Below, piece after piece: positions 1 to 12,074 of a stretch of DNA of 64,000 nt (positions are counted from its first letter, which is position 1; each line of letters begins with the position of its first letter). Source of the stretch: Candidatus Oxydemutatoraceae bacterium (lineage in GTDB: Bacteria; Pseudomonadota; Gammaproteobacteria; Poriferisulfidales; Oxydemutatoraceae); NCBI GenBank assembly GCA_965219575.1, contig OZ244779.1, positions 332,769 through 396,768 of the forward strand, given 5' to 3'. The position numbers were made by a program, and so were the translations under genes. The notes below the pieces were generated by a model. That model was not told the DNA's origin. It did no database searches and saw only the letters and a program-made list of their open reading frames with translations.

Positions 1-1
1 C

Positions 2-451
2 AAGCTCATAGCAGATAAGTACGATATTGTTTATATGGAAGGATTAAATACAGCAGAAATGACGAAGTCGGCGAAGGGGACGATAGACAGTCCGGGTAAG
101 CATGTGAAAGCAAAGTCAGGTTTGAATAGGGAGATACTAAAGAGTGGCTGGTATAAACTGGAGCAATGCTTAAGCTACAAAGCACAGGTAGAGAAAGTGC
201 CGGCACACTACACGAGTCAGACCTGTAATAAATGTAGCGCGATAGATAAAGCAAGCCGCAAAACACAATCAATTTTCAAGTGTCGGTATTGCGGACACGA
301 GGACAATGCGGACATCAATGCTGCATTAAACATTATGGCGGTTGGGAGTACCGCTACTGGGTGTGGAGATTGCAACATTGGTTGGTCTGTGAAGTGCCAA
401 AAAGATAGGGTGGCGAGGCGGTCTAACAAGTCTGTCAAGTTACCTATATAA
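2..451 (+). mobile_element. tnpB: TnpB-like RNA-guided endonuclease (IS200/IS605-type), 5'-truncated by the window edge
   Basis: Frame is open from base 2. RuvC-II-like YMEGLN..MTKSAKGT, GLNREIL..GW, YTSQTCNKC...FKCRYCGH Zn ribbon and RuvC-III NADINAALNI. Confidence 0.85.
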
Positions 452-483
452 TTCCCAAATCATAGGCTCGAAGCTCAGAGACG

Positions 484-1386
484 ATGACTTTTTCCACACT
501 ACAAATGGATGCGACACGGCTTCGCGTCGGAAATTATTTTGAGGTATGCAAACCCAGGGTGGTTGCGGTAATGCTGTTCACCGCACTGGTCGGCATGTTG
601 GTTGCCACACCGTTGACCTTGCCGTTTAGTACGATGCTTGCAGCGATGATCGGCATTGCGTTGGTGTCTGCTTCCGCCGCCGCCATCAATCATGTTGCCG
701 ATCATAGAATAGACGCACTGATGCAGCGCACCCGAAATCGTCCGCTACCCAGCGGCGCACTATCGGCACGCGAAGTATTGACTTTTGCCGGAGTAATCGG
801 CACCGTAGGCACACTGATATTGGTGCTTTTTGTTAATGTACTCACCGCGGCATTAACCCTACTATCGCTAGTCGGCTATGCGGTCGTCTATACGCGCTTC
901 TTAAAATACGCAACGCCGCAAAACATCGTTATCGGCGGTGCTGCCGGTGCGACACCACCGATGCTCGGTTGGACGGCTGCCACTGGGCAGTTGGATTTCG
1001 GCGCATTTTTATTATTTCTAATCGTTTTTGTCTGGACACCACCGCATTTTTGGGCACTGGCGATGTGCAGAAAAAAAGAGTACGCCGCAGCCGGGGTGCC
1101 GATGCTACCGGTCACGCACGGTGAAGATTTTACCCGCCTGCAGATACTGCTCTATATCATTCTGTTAACACTGGTTACGACGCTTCCCTATGTAACCGGT
1201 TTGTCGGGACCGGTATATTTATTCTCGGCAACACTGCTAAACGGGGTGTTTATATATTACGGCTTGGTTCTGAGGATAAATCGCACCCCGAATAAAGCGA
1301 TGGAAACATTCGGATTTTCCATCGTCTACATTATGTTGCTGTTCACGGCCTTGCTTGTTGATCGCTATATCGGTTTATTGATTTAA
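484..1386 (+). CDS. cyoE: Heme o synthase (protoheme IX farnesyltransferase)
   Basis: KPRVV, DALMQRTRNRPLPSG, NIVIGGAAGA, WTPPHFWALA motifs. Confidence 0.95.
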   Translation: MTFSTLQMDATRLRVGNYFEVCKPRVVAVMLFTALVGMLVATPLTLPFSTMLAAMIGIALVSASAAAINHVADHRIDALMQRTRNRPLPSGALSAREVLTFAGVIGTVGTLILVLFVNVLTAALTLLSLVGYAVVYTRFLKYATPQNIVIGGAAGATPPMLGWTAATGQLDFGAFLLFLIVFVWTPPHFWALAMCRKKEYAAAGVPMLPVTHGEDFTRLQILLYIILLTLVTTLPYVTGLSGPVYLFSATLLNGVFIYYGLVLRINRTPNKAMETFGFSIVYIMLLFTALLVDRYIGLLI

Positions 1387-1394
1387 GCACATTC

Positions 1395-1920
1395 GGGGCT
1401 GCTGAAAAAGTATTTTATGCACGTAGGGGCGGACTAACATGTCCGCCCGTAACGCGTTGGCCGGCACGATTTATACATTCATCCATTCAATTTATGGAAA
1501 CCAAAACCAAATGGCGCAAGCGGTTGGTGTCGTGCAGAACGGTACTTAAGAGCAGACACACAGGTCTGCCCCTACGGCTTGGTGGTTATTATAAATTCAC
1601 GGCGCAAGCGGTTACGGTTGCAAGCTGACGATACTTTTTCAACAGCCCCAAAAGTATCTGCAATATTTATACATTCATCCATTCAATTTATGGAAACCAA
1701 AACCAAATGGCGCAAGCGGTTGGTGTCGTGCAGAACGGTACTTAAGGGTAGACACACAGGTCTGCCCCTACGGTTTGGTGGTTATTATAAATTCATGGCG
1801 CAAACGGTTACGGTTGCACGCTGACGATACTTTTTCAACAGCCCCGTCGTGTCTGCAACATTAATACAATTTATGGAAACCAAAACCCGATGGCGCGTAG
1901 CGCGTGGGTTTGTGCAGAAG
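1395..1920. repeat. Composite MITE/REP-like repeat cluster: a full unit at 1395-1649 plus partial tandem units
   Basis: Inverted ends GGGGCTGCTGAAAAAGTA...TACTTTTTCAACAGCCCC, internal GTAGGGGCGGAC-N-GTCCGCCC and GCAGAC-N-GTCTGCCCCTAC palindromes, and TTTATGGAAACCAAAACC module x3. Confidence 0.85.
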
Positions 1921-1925
1921 TGAGG

Positions 1926-2939
1926 TTATTCGCCGCGAAAATGCTCTTGATTATCCAAAAACCACTGGTAAAACGACGGCAACCCTTCGGCAAGGCTGAT
2001 ACTATGGTGCCAACCTAAACGGTGTATCAAAGAAACATCCATCAGCTTGCGCGGTGTGCCGTCCGGTTTTGAGGTGTCGTAGACAATCTTGCCCTCGAAG
2101 CCGACTATCTGTGCAATTAAAGCGGCGCAATCGGCAATCGTAATTTCCTCGCCCGAACCGATATTGATGTGCGATTGTTGGGGGGAGATATGCTTGTCAT
2201 AGCTTGCTTTGTCTACTTGCATAATATACAGACATGCAGAGGCTAAATCATCAACATGCAAGAATTCACGCTTCACCTTGCCGGTCCCCCAAATCTCAAT
2301 TTTATCCGAGTTGCTTGCCGTCGCCTCGTGAAAGCGGCGCACCAACGCTGCCAAGACATGGCTGTTTTTTAGGTGAAAATTATCACCCGGACCATATAAA
2401 TTAGGCGGCATCAGAGAGCGATAATCGGTTCCGTATTGGCGGTTGTACGACTCGCATAGTTTGATACCGGTGATTTTTGCAACCGCATAAGGCTCGTTGG
2501 TCGCTTCCAAATGCCCCGACAGCAATGCCACCTCGGGCATCGGTTGTGCGGTTTGGCGTGGGTAGATACATGAACTTCCCAGAAAAATCAGGTTCTGTAT
2601 ACCGGCTTGCCATGCTTCGTGAATAAGATTTATCTCGATCATCAGATTCTGATGTATAAACTCGGCAGGATAGGTATTGTTTGCGTAGATTCCACCGACG
2701 CGGGCTGCCGCAACGACGAGACAATCGAGCGGGTTTGATTGAAAGAATTGACGCACCGCCGAGGAATCGCACAGATCCAGTTGTTTGTGCGGGATGGTAA
2801 TCGGTTGCTTAAAGCCTTGTGTTTGCAATGCTCTGACGATTGCCGAACCGACCATGCCGGTATGCCCGGCAACATAAACGGTGCTATTTTTGTTAATCAT
2901 CGGCGATATTACAGGGTTATTGTTGGGAGAGTTTTTCAA
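1926..2939 (-). CDS. fcl: GDP-L-fucose synthase
   Basis: [43 protein letters not shown]; true start may be ~13 codons downstream. Confidence 0.95.
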   Translation of the reverse strand: MKNSPNNNPVISPMINKNSTVYVAGHTGMVGSAIVRALQTQGFKQPITIPHKQLDLCDSSAVRQFFQSNPLDCLVVAAARVGGIYANNTYPAEFIHQNLMIEINLIHEAWQAGIQNLIFLGSSCIYPRQTAQPMPEVALLSGHLEATNEPYAVAKITGIKLCESYNRQYGTDYRSLMPPNLYGPGDNFHLKNSHVLAALVRRFHEATASNSDKIEIWGTGKVKREFLHVDDLASACLYIMQVDKASYDKHISPQQSHINIGSGEEITIADCAALIAQIVGFEGKIVYDTSKPDGTPRKLMDVSLIHRLGWHHSISLAEGLPSFYQWFLDNQEHFRGE

Positions 2940-3975
2940 ACTTTGCGAGCTTCAGATCTTCTTCTACCATTTCGTCTACGAGTTCGTCAAAAGTAATTTT
3001 GGGTTGCCAGCCCAGCTCGGTGCGCGCACGGGCGGCATCACCTTTTAAGGCTTCCAGTTCAAAGGGTCGAAAGTATCGAGGATCTACTTTGACAACGAGC
3101 CTCCCAGTTTTAGTGTCTATACCCTGCTCGTCAACGCCGGAACCTTGCCATTCTATTTGCATATCCATGCGTCCGGCGACGACTTCGACAAATTCCCGTA
3201 CCGAGCGTTGCTCACCCAGCGCAATCACATAATCTTTGGGCTTGTCTTGTTGGAGCATGAGCCATTGTGCTTCGACATAATCGCGGGCGTGTCCCCAGTC
3301 GCGCAGTGCGTCTAGGTTGCCTAAAGCAAGATAGTCTTGCAGGTTATTTTTGATACGGGCAAGTGCTCGGGTTATTTTACGGGTGACGAAAGTCTCACCG
3401 CGTTTTTTAGATTCGTGATTAAACAAAATGCCGTTGACCGCATAAATCCCGTAGGCTTCTCTGTAAATAACCGAAATCCAGTAAGCGTATAATTTGGCGG
3501 CAGCGTAGGGCGAGCAGGGGCGAAATGGTGTATCCTCGTTTTGAGGGCTTTCCGGCGATTGACCGTACATTTCCGATGTGGAGGCTTGGTAATAACGCAC
3601 CGTTTTATTCATGTGTAGGGTGCGGATTGCCTCGAGCATTCGCAGCGGACCCAAAGCATCCGAGTTTGCGGTGTATTCGGGCTCTTCAAACGAGACGGCA
3701 ACATGAGATTGCGCAGCGATATTGTATATTTCGTCGGGTTTTGTCTTTTCTATGATATGAACCAAGCTACTGGAGTCGGTCATATCGCCGTGGTGCATGT
3801 TGAATCCTTTACCGTGCTCGTGGAACTTGTTGTATAAATGGTCTACTCGGTCGGTATTGAATAGCGAGGTTCGCCGTTTAATGCCGTGAACGGTATACCC
3901 TTTTTCCAGCAGGAACTCGGAAAGGTAGGCACCGTCTTGCCCCGTGACACCGGTGATTAATGCGCATTTACTCAT
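2917..3975 (-). CDS. gmd: GDP-mannose 4,6-dehydratase
   Basis: [47 protein letters not shown]. Confidence 0.96.
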   Translation of the reverse strand: MSKCALITGVTGQDGAYLSEFLLEKGYTVHGIKRRTSLFNTDRVDHLYNKFHEHGKGFNMHHGDMTDSSSLVHIIEKTKPDEIYNIAAQSHVAVSFEEPEYTANSDALGPLRMLEAIRTLHMNKTVRYYQASTSEMYGQSPESPQNEDTPFRPCSPYAAAKLYAYWISVIYREAYGIYAVNGILFNHESKKRGETFVTRKITRALARIKNNLQDYLALGNLDALRDWGHARDYVEAQWLMLQQDKPKDYVIALGEQRSVREFVEVVAGRMDMQIEWQGSGVDEQGIDTKTGRLVVKVDPRYFRPFELEALKGDAARARTELGWQPKITFDELVDEMVEEDLKLAKFEKLSQQ

Positions 3976-4081
3976 TGTTGATTACTTGTTTTAGGAATAA
4001 AGGGAGGAATTATAGCATATAAACTTGTTCTGGTTATTTTCCTCCTGTGGCGGGGCGGCAAACGAGATAGAACCGCCGGTT

Positions 4082-5068
4082 CTATTGAAGCGGTCCTTCC
4101 AAGAAAACTTTGCTACGAATGTAAATAGCTAGCGGATCGCCAATAGTGACCGTGGTTTGACGGCATGATCGGTTATTCATTGCTTGAGTCTCGGTCAGGT
4201 TACTGGGCGGGTTACTTTCCCCTATCACTATGGAAAACTGCTCTTCACCCTCAATACGATTGTCTCTCACTATCAGGTTTTCCAATGTGAAGCTGTTTTC
4301 GCCTGCTTTGATGACCACCGGAGTTATGGGGTTATAGTCAACATTCTTGAACGCCGTTTCATCGGTATAGATGAGTGTTACCGTGGTATTCCTATTCAAG
4401 CCTATCGTGGTATCGGCATTCTCCCCTCTGCGCAGTTCAATTATCGGTAGGTTGGTATTATCGCCCTCTCGAACGGAATAACTCCGTTGCGAGAAGCAAA
4501 GTAAGTATTCATCGTCCAATACCCTGAAAGTGATAGAACTGTTGGTACCACTGCGTCTGATATTGCTGGAGATATTATTAGGTGTAGGCATTGAGCCTAG
4601 AGAAATTAATATATCATTATCGCCGCCGGGATTTAAAGCAGAGTTATCGTTGAGCTGCCATTCCAATGTTGCGGTTTGCGCGTTTGCACCGCTAAAGGTA
4701 ATACTTTGAGTAAAAAGTTCCTTATTAAAATTTAGGCTAACACCATCACCGGATACGAGTCTTAGAATCCCAGTTTGTTGAGGAATCCCAGGTTGTTGAG
4801 TTAGCTGCCCTTCTGTGGAGAAAGTTAGCTGTAGTGATTGACCGGTTCTAAGCGGTCGGCTTAAAGAGATGGAAAACCGTATCTTGGGTCCGACAAGCCT
4901 ATCGCCTTGAGGGATGCCTTCGTATATCGGTGAAGGAGACAATCGCTCTATGCTATATATCAAGTCTTGTGCGACGGCAGACTGTGTAAAGCAAAGAGCC
5001 AACAAAAACAAGCCGAATAGCAATACACGCCGACGATAGGTATTGTTGTTGTGGACATAAGTATTCAT
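4082..5068 (-). CDS. Secreted beta-rich protein with Calx-beta-like domain and C-terminal IRSKVFLEGPLQ tag
   Basis: Signal peptide ending AVA-Q; FSQRSYSVREGD...TA..NVDY...DNRIEGEEQF is Calx-beta-like; C-terminus shared with 60476-60985. Confidence 0.75.
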   Translation of the reverse strand: MNTYVHNNNTYRRRVLLFGLFLLALCFTQSAVAQDLIYSIERLSPSPIYEGIPQGDRLVGPKIRFSISLSRPLRTGQSLQLTFSTEGQLTQQPGIPQQTGILRLVSGDGVSLNFNKELFTQSITFSGANAQTATLEWQLNDNSALNPGGDNDILISLGSMPTPNNISSNIRRSGTNSSITFRVLDDEYLLCFSQRSYSVREGDNTNLPIIELRRGENADTTIGLNRNTTVTLIYTDETAFKNVDYNPITPVVIKAGENSFTLENLIVRDNRIEGEEQFSIVIGESNPPSNLTETQAMNNRSCRQTTVTIGDPLAIYIRSKVFLEGPLQ

Positions 5069-5215
5069 AGCGGTATTTTACCCGAAATGTAACCGACATG
5101 TGTAGGGGTGAACATCGTTGAATTGCCTATTGACCTACCGGCTCAACCGGCGGCTCTATATTTATAATTGTAATTATTATAATTTATGTTATAATTCGTT
5201 CCTTTGATAAATTAA

Positions 5216-6857
<1,642 letters not shown>

Positions 6858-6948
6858 TAGCATAACTTTTTATGGTGAGATGATAGAGGAACTACAAGGA
6901 TGTAGTTTCTCTATCGTTTTTTTGAAGCGTAGGTATCTGCAATATCTT

Positions 6949-8019
6949 TCAAAGAGGTCTAGAAAGCCTATTGAATAAATCCTTTCTAGGGATAGGCGCA
7001 TTATTTTTACCTTGTCCTATTTTTCTTTGGTCTAGCGATATAATTTTAATGTGTGGATTGAAATATCGCGTAGCGTCTACAAATCCGGAACCGGTAGTAT
7101 AGATAAGTTTGCTTTTTGCTAAAATCAGAAAATCTATCAGCGCATCTTTCTCTTGATTAAAATTATCAATTTCGTTTCGCGGATGTCCAATAATATTGTG
7201 TTTATGTAGGGGAAGTTCATTATAAGAGCGTTCAATATCTCTTGAAAACACTCTTCCCGGAAAGGCCATATACATTTTATCAATAAACTGCGCTTGATCC
7301 GAACATGCGAATATACTGTATTCGTCACCTATTACCCTTTTTAGGTAAATAATATAAGGATCAAGATCTATCCTATATCTGTATTTGAACAGAGAATCTT
7401 TTTTTGCAGCTATGTCTGTGCCACGGTAATGGACGGCAACCCAATTCCCTTTAATATTATTGGCAATCCATTGATCAGCACATCTTTTAAGATGCCGGTT
7501 TATCGCAAGTTTCGATAGTATTTTATGTCCGTATACCGAAGAAATGCAAAAAATCCCAAACCACGCAATGTCATTTTCGATTTTTTTTTGCGTAGAAAAT
7601 TGCAATTTATGCTTTGATTCATTTGTCATATTGATTAAATTATCGCTTTCAAAATGTCTCCATATCATGTTGGTAGGTTTTTTGATCTTTACATTAATTT
7701 TCATTTTTTCACAGATCCATGCAAAAGCAACGAACCCATCTAAAGACGTACCTATAGGGCGATAATCTTCATAATTCACTACTACACATTTACTATCAAG
7801 ATAATCTCTGTGTAAGAATTGACGACGGAATAGACAAGTAAACCATAAACATCTATCCAGAATACGCGCTACTGTTGTTTTGTTGACTTTAACTTTAATC
7901 ATAGGTTTTTGTATTTCAAATTTTAGAGTGGCAACTAAAATCATCCATATGGCTAGAACACGTAACTTGATAAAACGCCACCATAGCATGATCTGCCTGC
8001 CAAGCGCAGATAATTTCAT
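6949..8019 (-). CDS. Putative NodZ/O-fucosyltransferase-like glycosyltransferase (AT-rich)
   Basis: VAVHYRGTD, IFACSDQ and ALIDFLILAKS..I.TT.SGF motifs typical of GDP-fucose-using GT-B enzymes. Confidence 0.6.
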   Translation of the reverse strand: MKLSALGRQIMLWWRFIKLRVLAIWMILVATLKFEIQKPMIKVKVNKTTVARILDRCLWFTCLFRRQFLHRDYLDSKCVVVNYEDYRPIGTSLDGFVAFAWICEKMKINVKIKKPTNMIWRHFESDNLINMTNESKHKLQFSTQKKIENDIAWFGIFCISSVYGHKILSKLAINRHLKRCADQWIANNIKGNWVAVHYRGTDIAAKKDSLFKYRYRIDLDPYIIYLKRVIGDEYSIFACSDQAQFIDKMYMAFPGRVFSRDIERSYNELPLHKHNIIGHPRNEIDNFNQEKDALIDFLILAKSKLIYTTGSGFVDATRYFNPHIKIISLDQRKIGQGKNNAPIPRKDLFNRLSRPL

Positions 8020-8032
8020 TTACATGTCTCGA

Positions 8033-9013
8033 TCAGACCACTTTGTCGGGTAAAGGTTCTCCTGCCAGATAGGCTTTTAGGTTTTGTAGTACTCGACGAC
8101 CCATTGCGATGCGAGTCTCCAGAGAAGCACTTCCCAGATGCGGAAGCAACACGATATTCTCCAAGCCGAGAAATCCGGGGTCTAGTTCGGGTTCGCCTTC
8201 GTAGACATCTAATCCTGCACCGGCAATGATTTTTTCCTTCAACGCTGTGATTAGTGCTTGATTATCTATCACATCGCCTCGTGCGGTGTTGATAATAAAA
8301 GCCGATGGTTTCATCAGAGAAAGTCGCTCGATGTTTATTAAATGATAGGTTGCTTTACCGCCCGGACAATGTAACGAGATAAAGTCTGCGCTGGACATCA
8401 ATTCTTCCAAGGAATCGCACGGAGTTGCCGAGACGGCATCGATGGCTTCCTGTGGAATGTGATCCATAGCCGGGTCGCTGAAGGTTATATTCATCCCGAA
8501 GCCGTGATGTGATCTTTTAGCGACTGCTTGGGCGATGCGCCCGAAGCCGACCAATCCTAGAGTTTTGCCGGTCACCTTCGTCCCCATCATGTGGGTTGGA
8601 CGCCACCCGCTCCACGCGCCGGCACGCAGATGTCGTTCGCCCTCTCCGGTACGGCGGGCAACCATCAACATCAAAACCATTGCGATATCGGCGGTACAAT
8701 CGGTCAGCACTTCGGGGGTATTGCTAACCGCAACATTCGCTTTTTTAGCAGCTTCTAAATCTATGTGATTGAAGCCGACACCGAAATTGCCGAGAAAACG
8801 GCACGCCATATCGTCAATGCCGAGTATTTCGGCATCGATAGGGTCGGTCACCGTCGGCAACACGCACTCGGCACTTGCCAGTGCCGCTTTGAGTTCGTCT
8901 TTGGACATGGGGCGGTCATCTTCGTTTAGACACACATCGTCGCACATCGTTTTAAGTTCTTGTTCCACAACTTCCGGCCAACGTCGGGTTACGACTACGG
9001 TTTTACTCATCAA
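8033..9013 (-). CDS. D-glycerate dehydrogenase / hydroxypyruvate reductase
   Basis: GVGFNHID, NTPEVLT, GFGRIA, INTARG, LDVYEGEP, PHLGSA; last gene of the serine-cycle cluster. Confidence 0.85.
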   Translation of the reverse strand: MMSKTVVVTRRWPEVVEQELKTMCDDVCLNEDDRPMSKDELKAALASAECVLPTVTDPIDAEILGIDDMACRFLGNFGVGFNHIDLEAAKKANVAVSNTPEVLTDCTADIAMVLMLMVARRTGEGERHLRAGAWSGWRPTHMMGTKVTGKTLGLVGFGRIAQAVAKRSHHGFGMNITFSDPAMDHIPQEAIDAVSATPCDSLEELMSSADFISLHCPGGKATYHLINIERLSLMKPSAFIINTARGDVIDNQALITALKEKIIAGAGLDVYEGEPELDPGFLGLENIVLLPHLGSASLETRIAMGRRVLQNLKAYLAGEPLPDKVV

Positions 9014-9025
9014 TCTTTCCTTTGC

Positions 9026-9913
9026 TTATAGCTTTTTCATGACCTCGGCCATCGTAGAGCCGAGTTCGGATGGATTCGGCGCAATTGCCACGCCGGCTTC
9101 TTGCAAGATTTCGACTTTCTCATCGGCACTTTCTCCTTTGCCGGAAACGATTGCACCGGCGTGTCCCATCCGTCGTCCTTTGGGCGCGGTCATTCCGGCG
9201 ATATAAGCGACCACCGGTTTGCTCATTTCCGATTTGATAAACTCCGCCGCTTCCGCTTCTTGGGGGCCGCCGATTTCACCGATCATCATCACCGCCTTGG
9301 TTTCGGGGTCGGCTTCGAACATTTCCAGTATGTCGCGATGCGAACTACCGTTAATCGGATCGCCGCCGATGCCTACGCTGGTCGTGATACCGATGTTTAA
9401 CGCTTTCATTTGCGAGGCGGCTTCATAGCCGAGTGTGCCCGAGCGTGCAACCACACCGACATCGCCGGTTATATAAATGTGTCCGGGCATGATCCCCATC
9501 ATTGCTTTGCCCGGGCTAATCGTGCCGGCACAGTTCGGGCCGGTGAGAATCATTTTTTTGGTTTCCTTATAACGGCGCATGAAACGTTTGACGCGCATCA
9601 TATCCAAAGCGGGTATGCCGTCGGTAATGGCAACGGCATATTTAATACCGCCGTCGGTTGCTTCCATCAGCGAATCGGCAGCGGCAGCAGCGGGGACGAA
9701 TAAAACACTCGCTTCGGCATCGGTTTCTTCTACCGCTTGTTTGACGGTATCGAAGACCGGCAGGTCGAGGTATGTTGTCCCGCCCTTGCCGGGAGTGACA
9801 CCGCCGACGACATTGGTGCCGTATTCAACCATCTCTTTAGTATGAAAACTACCGATCCTGCCGGTAATTCCCTGCACTATAACTTTGGTTTTTTCGTCTA
9901 GTAGTATTGCCAT
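9026..9913 (-). CDS. mtkB: Malate--CoA ligase alpha subunit (SucD family)
   Basis: VQGITG, GPNCAG, RSGTLGYE, RMGHAGA; context with mcl and sga. Confidence 0.8.
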   Translation of the reverse strand: MAILLDEKTKVIVQGITGRIGSFHTKEMVEYGTNVVGGVTPGKGGTTYLDLPVFDTVKQAVEETDAEASVLFVPAAAAADSLMEATDGGIKYAVAITDGIPALDMMRVKRFMRRYKETKKMILTGPNCAGTISPGKAMMGIMPGHIYITGDVGVVARSGTLGYEAASQMKALNIGITTSVGIGGDPINGSSHRDILEMFEADPETKAVMMIGEIGGPQEAEAAEFIKSEMSKPVVAYIAGMTAPKGRRMGHAGAIVSGKGESADEKVEILQEAGVAIAPNPSELGSTMAEVMKKL

Positions 9914-9922
9914 GATGTCTCC

Positions 9923-11089
9923 TTATGATTTTGTGGCAGCAACCGCTTTCTCTGCCGCCTCGCCCAGAGTATACGCAGAGATAACCGGCAAACCGCTCTC
10001 TTTGATCATTTGCTGACCTTGTTCGACATTAGTTCCCGACAAACGCACCACCAAAGGCACGTTGAGTTCTATGGATTTGATTGCTTTAATCAAGCCTTCG
10101 GCAATCCAATCGCAACGATTAATACCGGCGTAAATGTTAACCAGCATGGACTTGACGTTTTTATCTTCTAAAACCAACTCGAATGCTTTAGCAACTCGCT
10201 CCGGTGAGGCACCGCCGCCGATGTCTAAAAAGTTCGCCGGCTCGCCGCCGGCGTATTTAATCATATCCATCGTTGCCATCGCAAGTCCTGCACCATTGAT
10301 CATACAGCCGATGTTTCCTTCCAATCCGACATAGCTTAGGTCGTGTTCCGAGGCATTGGTTTCGCGGGGGTCTTCCTGCGATTTGTCGCGCATTTGAGAA
10401 ATTTCCGGGTGTTTGTATAAAGCATTGTCGTCGACTGCGAGTTTGGCATCGACCGGCACCAACTGGTCTTCAGATTGAGTGACGACCAACGGATTGATTT
10501 CCAACAGATTGGCATCGCTCTGAACGAAGGTTTTATAGCAGTTGATGAATAATTTAATCGCCTCTTTGAGTAGCGGCTTAGGGATATCGAGCGCAAATGC
10601 CAATTCACGCGCCTGAAAGGGTTCCATGCCGATTGCCGGATCGATAGGTGAGCGAATAATCGTCTCGGGTTGGCTTTCGGCAAGTTCTTCTATGTCCATG
10701 CCGCCGACTGCCGAAGCGATCGCAACGATACGCTCGGTTGCACGATCCAGCACAAATGCCAGATAAAGTTCGCGGCCGATAGCGGTTCCCGCCTCTATAT
10801 AGATTTTCTCGACGGTTTTCCCTTGCGAACCGGTCTGCCGGGTGACCAAAGAGGTTCCTAAGATGTTGTTGACGAACTTGCGTATTTCCTCTTCGCTGTA
10901 ACAGACTTTGATGCCCCCGGCTTTGCCGCGCGCGCCGGAATGGATTTGTGCTTTTACCGCACAAGTCGGGGTTCCGATTTCTCTATAGCCGGCAACCGCC
11001 TGAGCAGGGCTATAGGCGAGTCTTGCGGCAGCGATTTTAACACCGTTTTTTTGCAGAAGTGCTTTTGCCTGATATTCGTGAAGGTTCAT
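9923..11089 (-). CDS. mtkA: Malate--CoA ligase beta subunit (SucC family)
   Basis: KAQIHSGARGKAGG and NIYAGINRCDW variants typical of MtkA; NGAGLAMATMD. Confidence 0.82.
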   Translation of the reverse strand: MNLHEYQAKALLQKNGVKIAAARLAYSPAQAVAGYREIGTPTCAVKAQIHSGARGKAGGIKVCYSEEEIRKFVNNILGTSLVTRQTGSQGKTVEKIYIEAGTAIGRELYLAFVLDRATERIVAIASAVGGMDIEELAESQPETIIRSPIDPAIGMEPFQARELAFALDIPKPLLKEAIKLFINCYKTFVQSDANLLEINPLVVTQSEDQLVPVDAKLAVDDNALYKHPEISQMRDKSQEDPRETNASEHDLSYVGLEGNIGCMINGAGLAMATMDMIKYAGGEPANFLDIGGGASPERVAKAFELVLEDKNVKSMLVNIYAGINRCDWIAEGLIKAIKSIELNVPLVVRLSGTNVEQGQQMIKESGLPVISAYTLGEAAEKAVAATKS

Positions 11090-11111
11090 TGTGATCTCCT
11101 CCTATGGTTTT

Positions 11112-12071
11112 TTAGGATTTACTTTGTTTATTCGCAATCGCTTCCGCAATACCGACGATATTTTCCGCCATGCGTGCGGAGGCTGCGTCAATCATTTTTC
11201 CGTCTAGGGATGCCGCCCCACGCCCTTCGGCGGCAGCCTTGTCTAATTCTTCGAGTATACGCCGTGCTTTGTCTACTTCGGCATCGGGTGGCGAGAAGAC
11301 TTGATTTGCCAATTCTATTTGTGAGGGGTGTATCGCCCATTTGCCCTCTATACCCAGTGCCGCGGCGCGTTTTGCAGCCAAAATATAACCGTCGGGGTCT
11401 TTGAAATCTCCGAAAGGTCCGTCTATCGGGCGTAATCCGTATGCCCGGCAAGCAACCGTCATGCGCGTAATTGCGGCGTGCCATTGATCGCCCGGATAGT
11501 CCGGATTCAGCCCACCGATATTGACGGTGCGCGCTCTATTGCTCGCCGCATAATCGGCTACCCCGAAGTGCATCGCTTCGAGACGTTTGCTCGACGACGA
11601 TGCAATCTGCTCGACGCACGCCATCCCGAGTGCGGTTTCAATCAGGGCCTCCAGTCCGATGCGGTGTTTAATGCCTTTTGCCTCTTCCATCTGTGTTAAT
11701 AAAACATCTACCGTATAGAGGTCGCCGGGCACACCCACCTTGGGCACCAGTATCGTGTCCAGTTTGGAACCGGCTTGTTCTATCACATCGACGACATCGC
11801 GATACATATAATGTGTATCGAGTCCGTTGATGCGCACCGAGATGGTTTTGCCGGCACTTTTCCAATCCAGGCTGTTGAGGGCTTCTATAACATTCTTGCG
11901 CGCTTGCAATTTGTCGCCGGGAGCGACTGCGTCCTCTAAATCGAGGAATACATAATCGGCATCGCAGTGCAGGGCTTTCTCTATCATTTTAGGATTGGAG
12001 CCCGGCACCGCAAGCTCACTGCGCTGAACTCGCTGGCAGACCGGTTCAAAACGTGTATGACTCATAACCAA
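11112..12071 (-). CDS. mcl: Malyl-CoA lyase (CitE family)
   Basis: RSELAVPGSN, FLDLEDAVAP, RINGLDTHYMYRDV, HFGVADYAAS, GKWAIHPSQI. Confidence 0.9.
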   Translation of the reverse strand: MVMSHTRFEPVCQRVQRSELAVPGSNPKMIEKALHCDADYVFLDLEDAVAPGDKLQARKNVIEALNSLDWKSAGKTISVRINGLDTHYMYRDVVDVIEQAGSKLDTILVPKVGVPGDLYTVDVLLTQMEEAKGIKHRIGLEALIETALGMACVEQIASSSSKRLEAMHFGVADYAASNRARTVNIGGLNPDYPGDQWHAAITRMTVACRAYGLRPIDGPFGDFKDPDGYILAAKRAAALGIEGKWAIHPSQIELANQVFSPPDAEVDKARRILEELDKAAAEGRGAASLDGKMIDAASARMAENIVGIAEAIANKQSKS

Positions 12072-12074
12072 TTC

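Noticed and set aside
1579-1824. Short ORFs containing METKTKWRKRL (also at 38006 and 43634, with related ORFs at 30249, 55157 and 62548) as a peptide family
   Set aside because: They lie wholly within the non-coding repeat and their frames and ends differ between copies
1395-1920. Repeat cluster as a CRISPR array
   Set aside because: Units are long and modular, the spacers are themselves repeated, and there is no constant repeat-spacer period or cas gene
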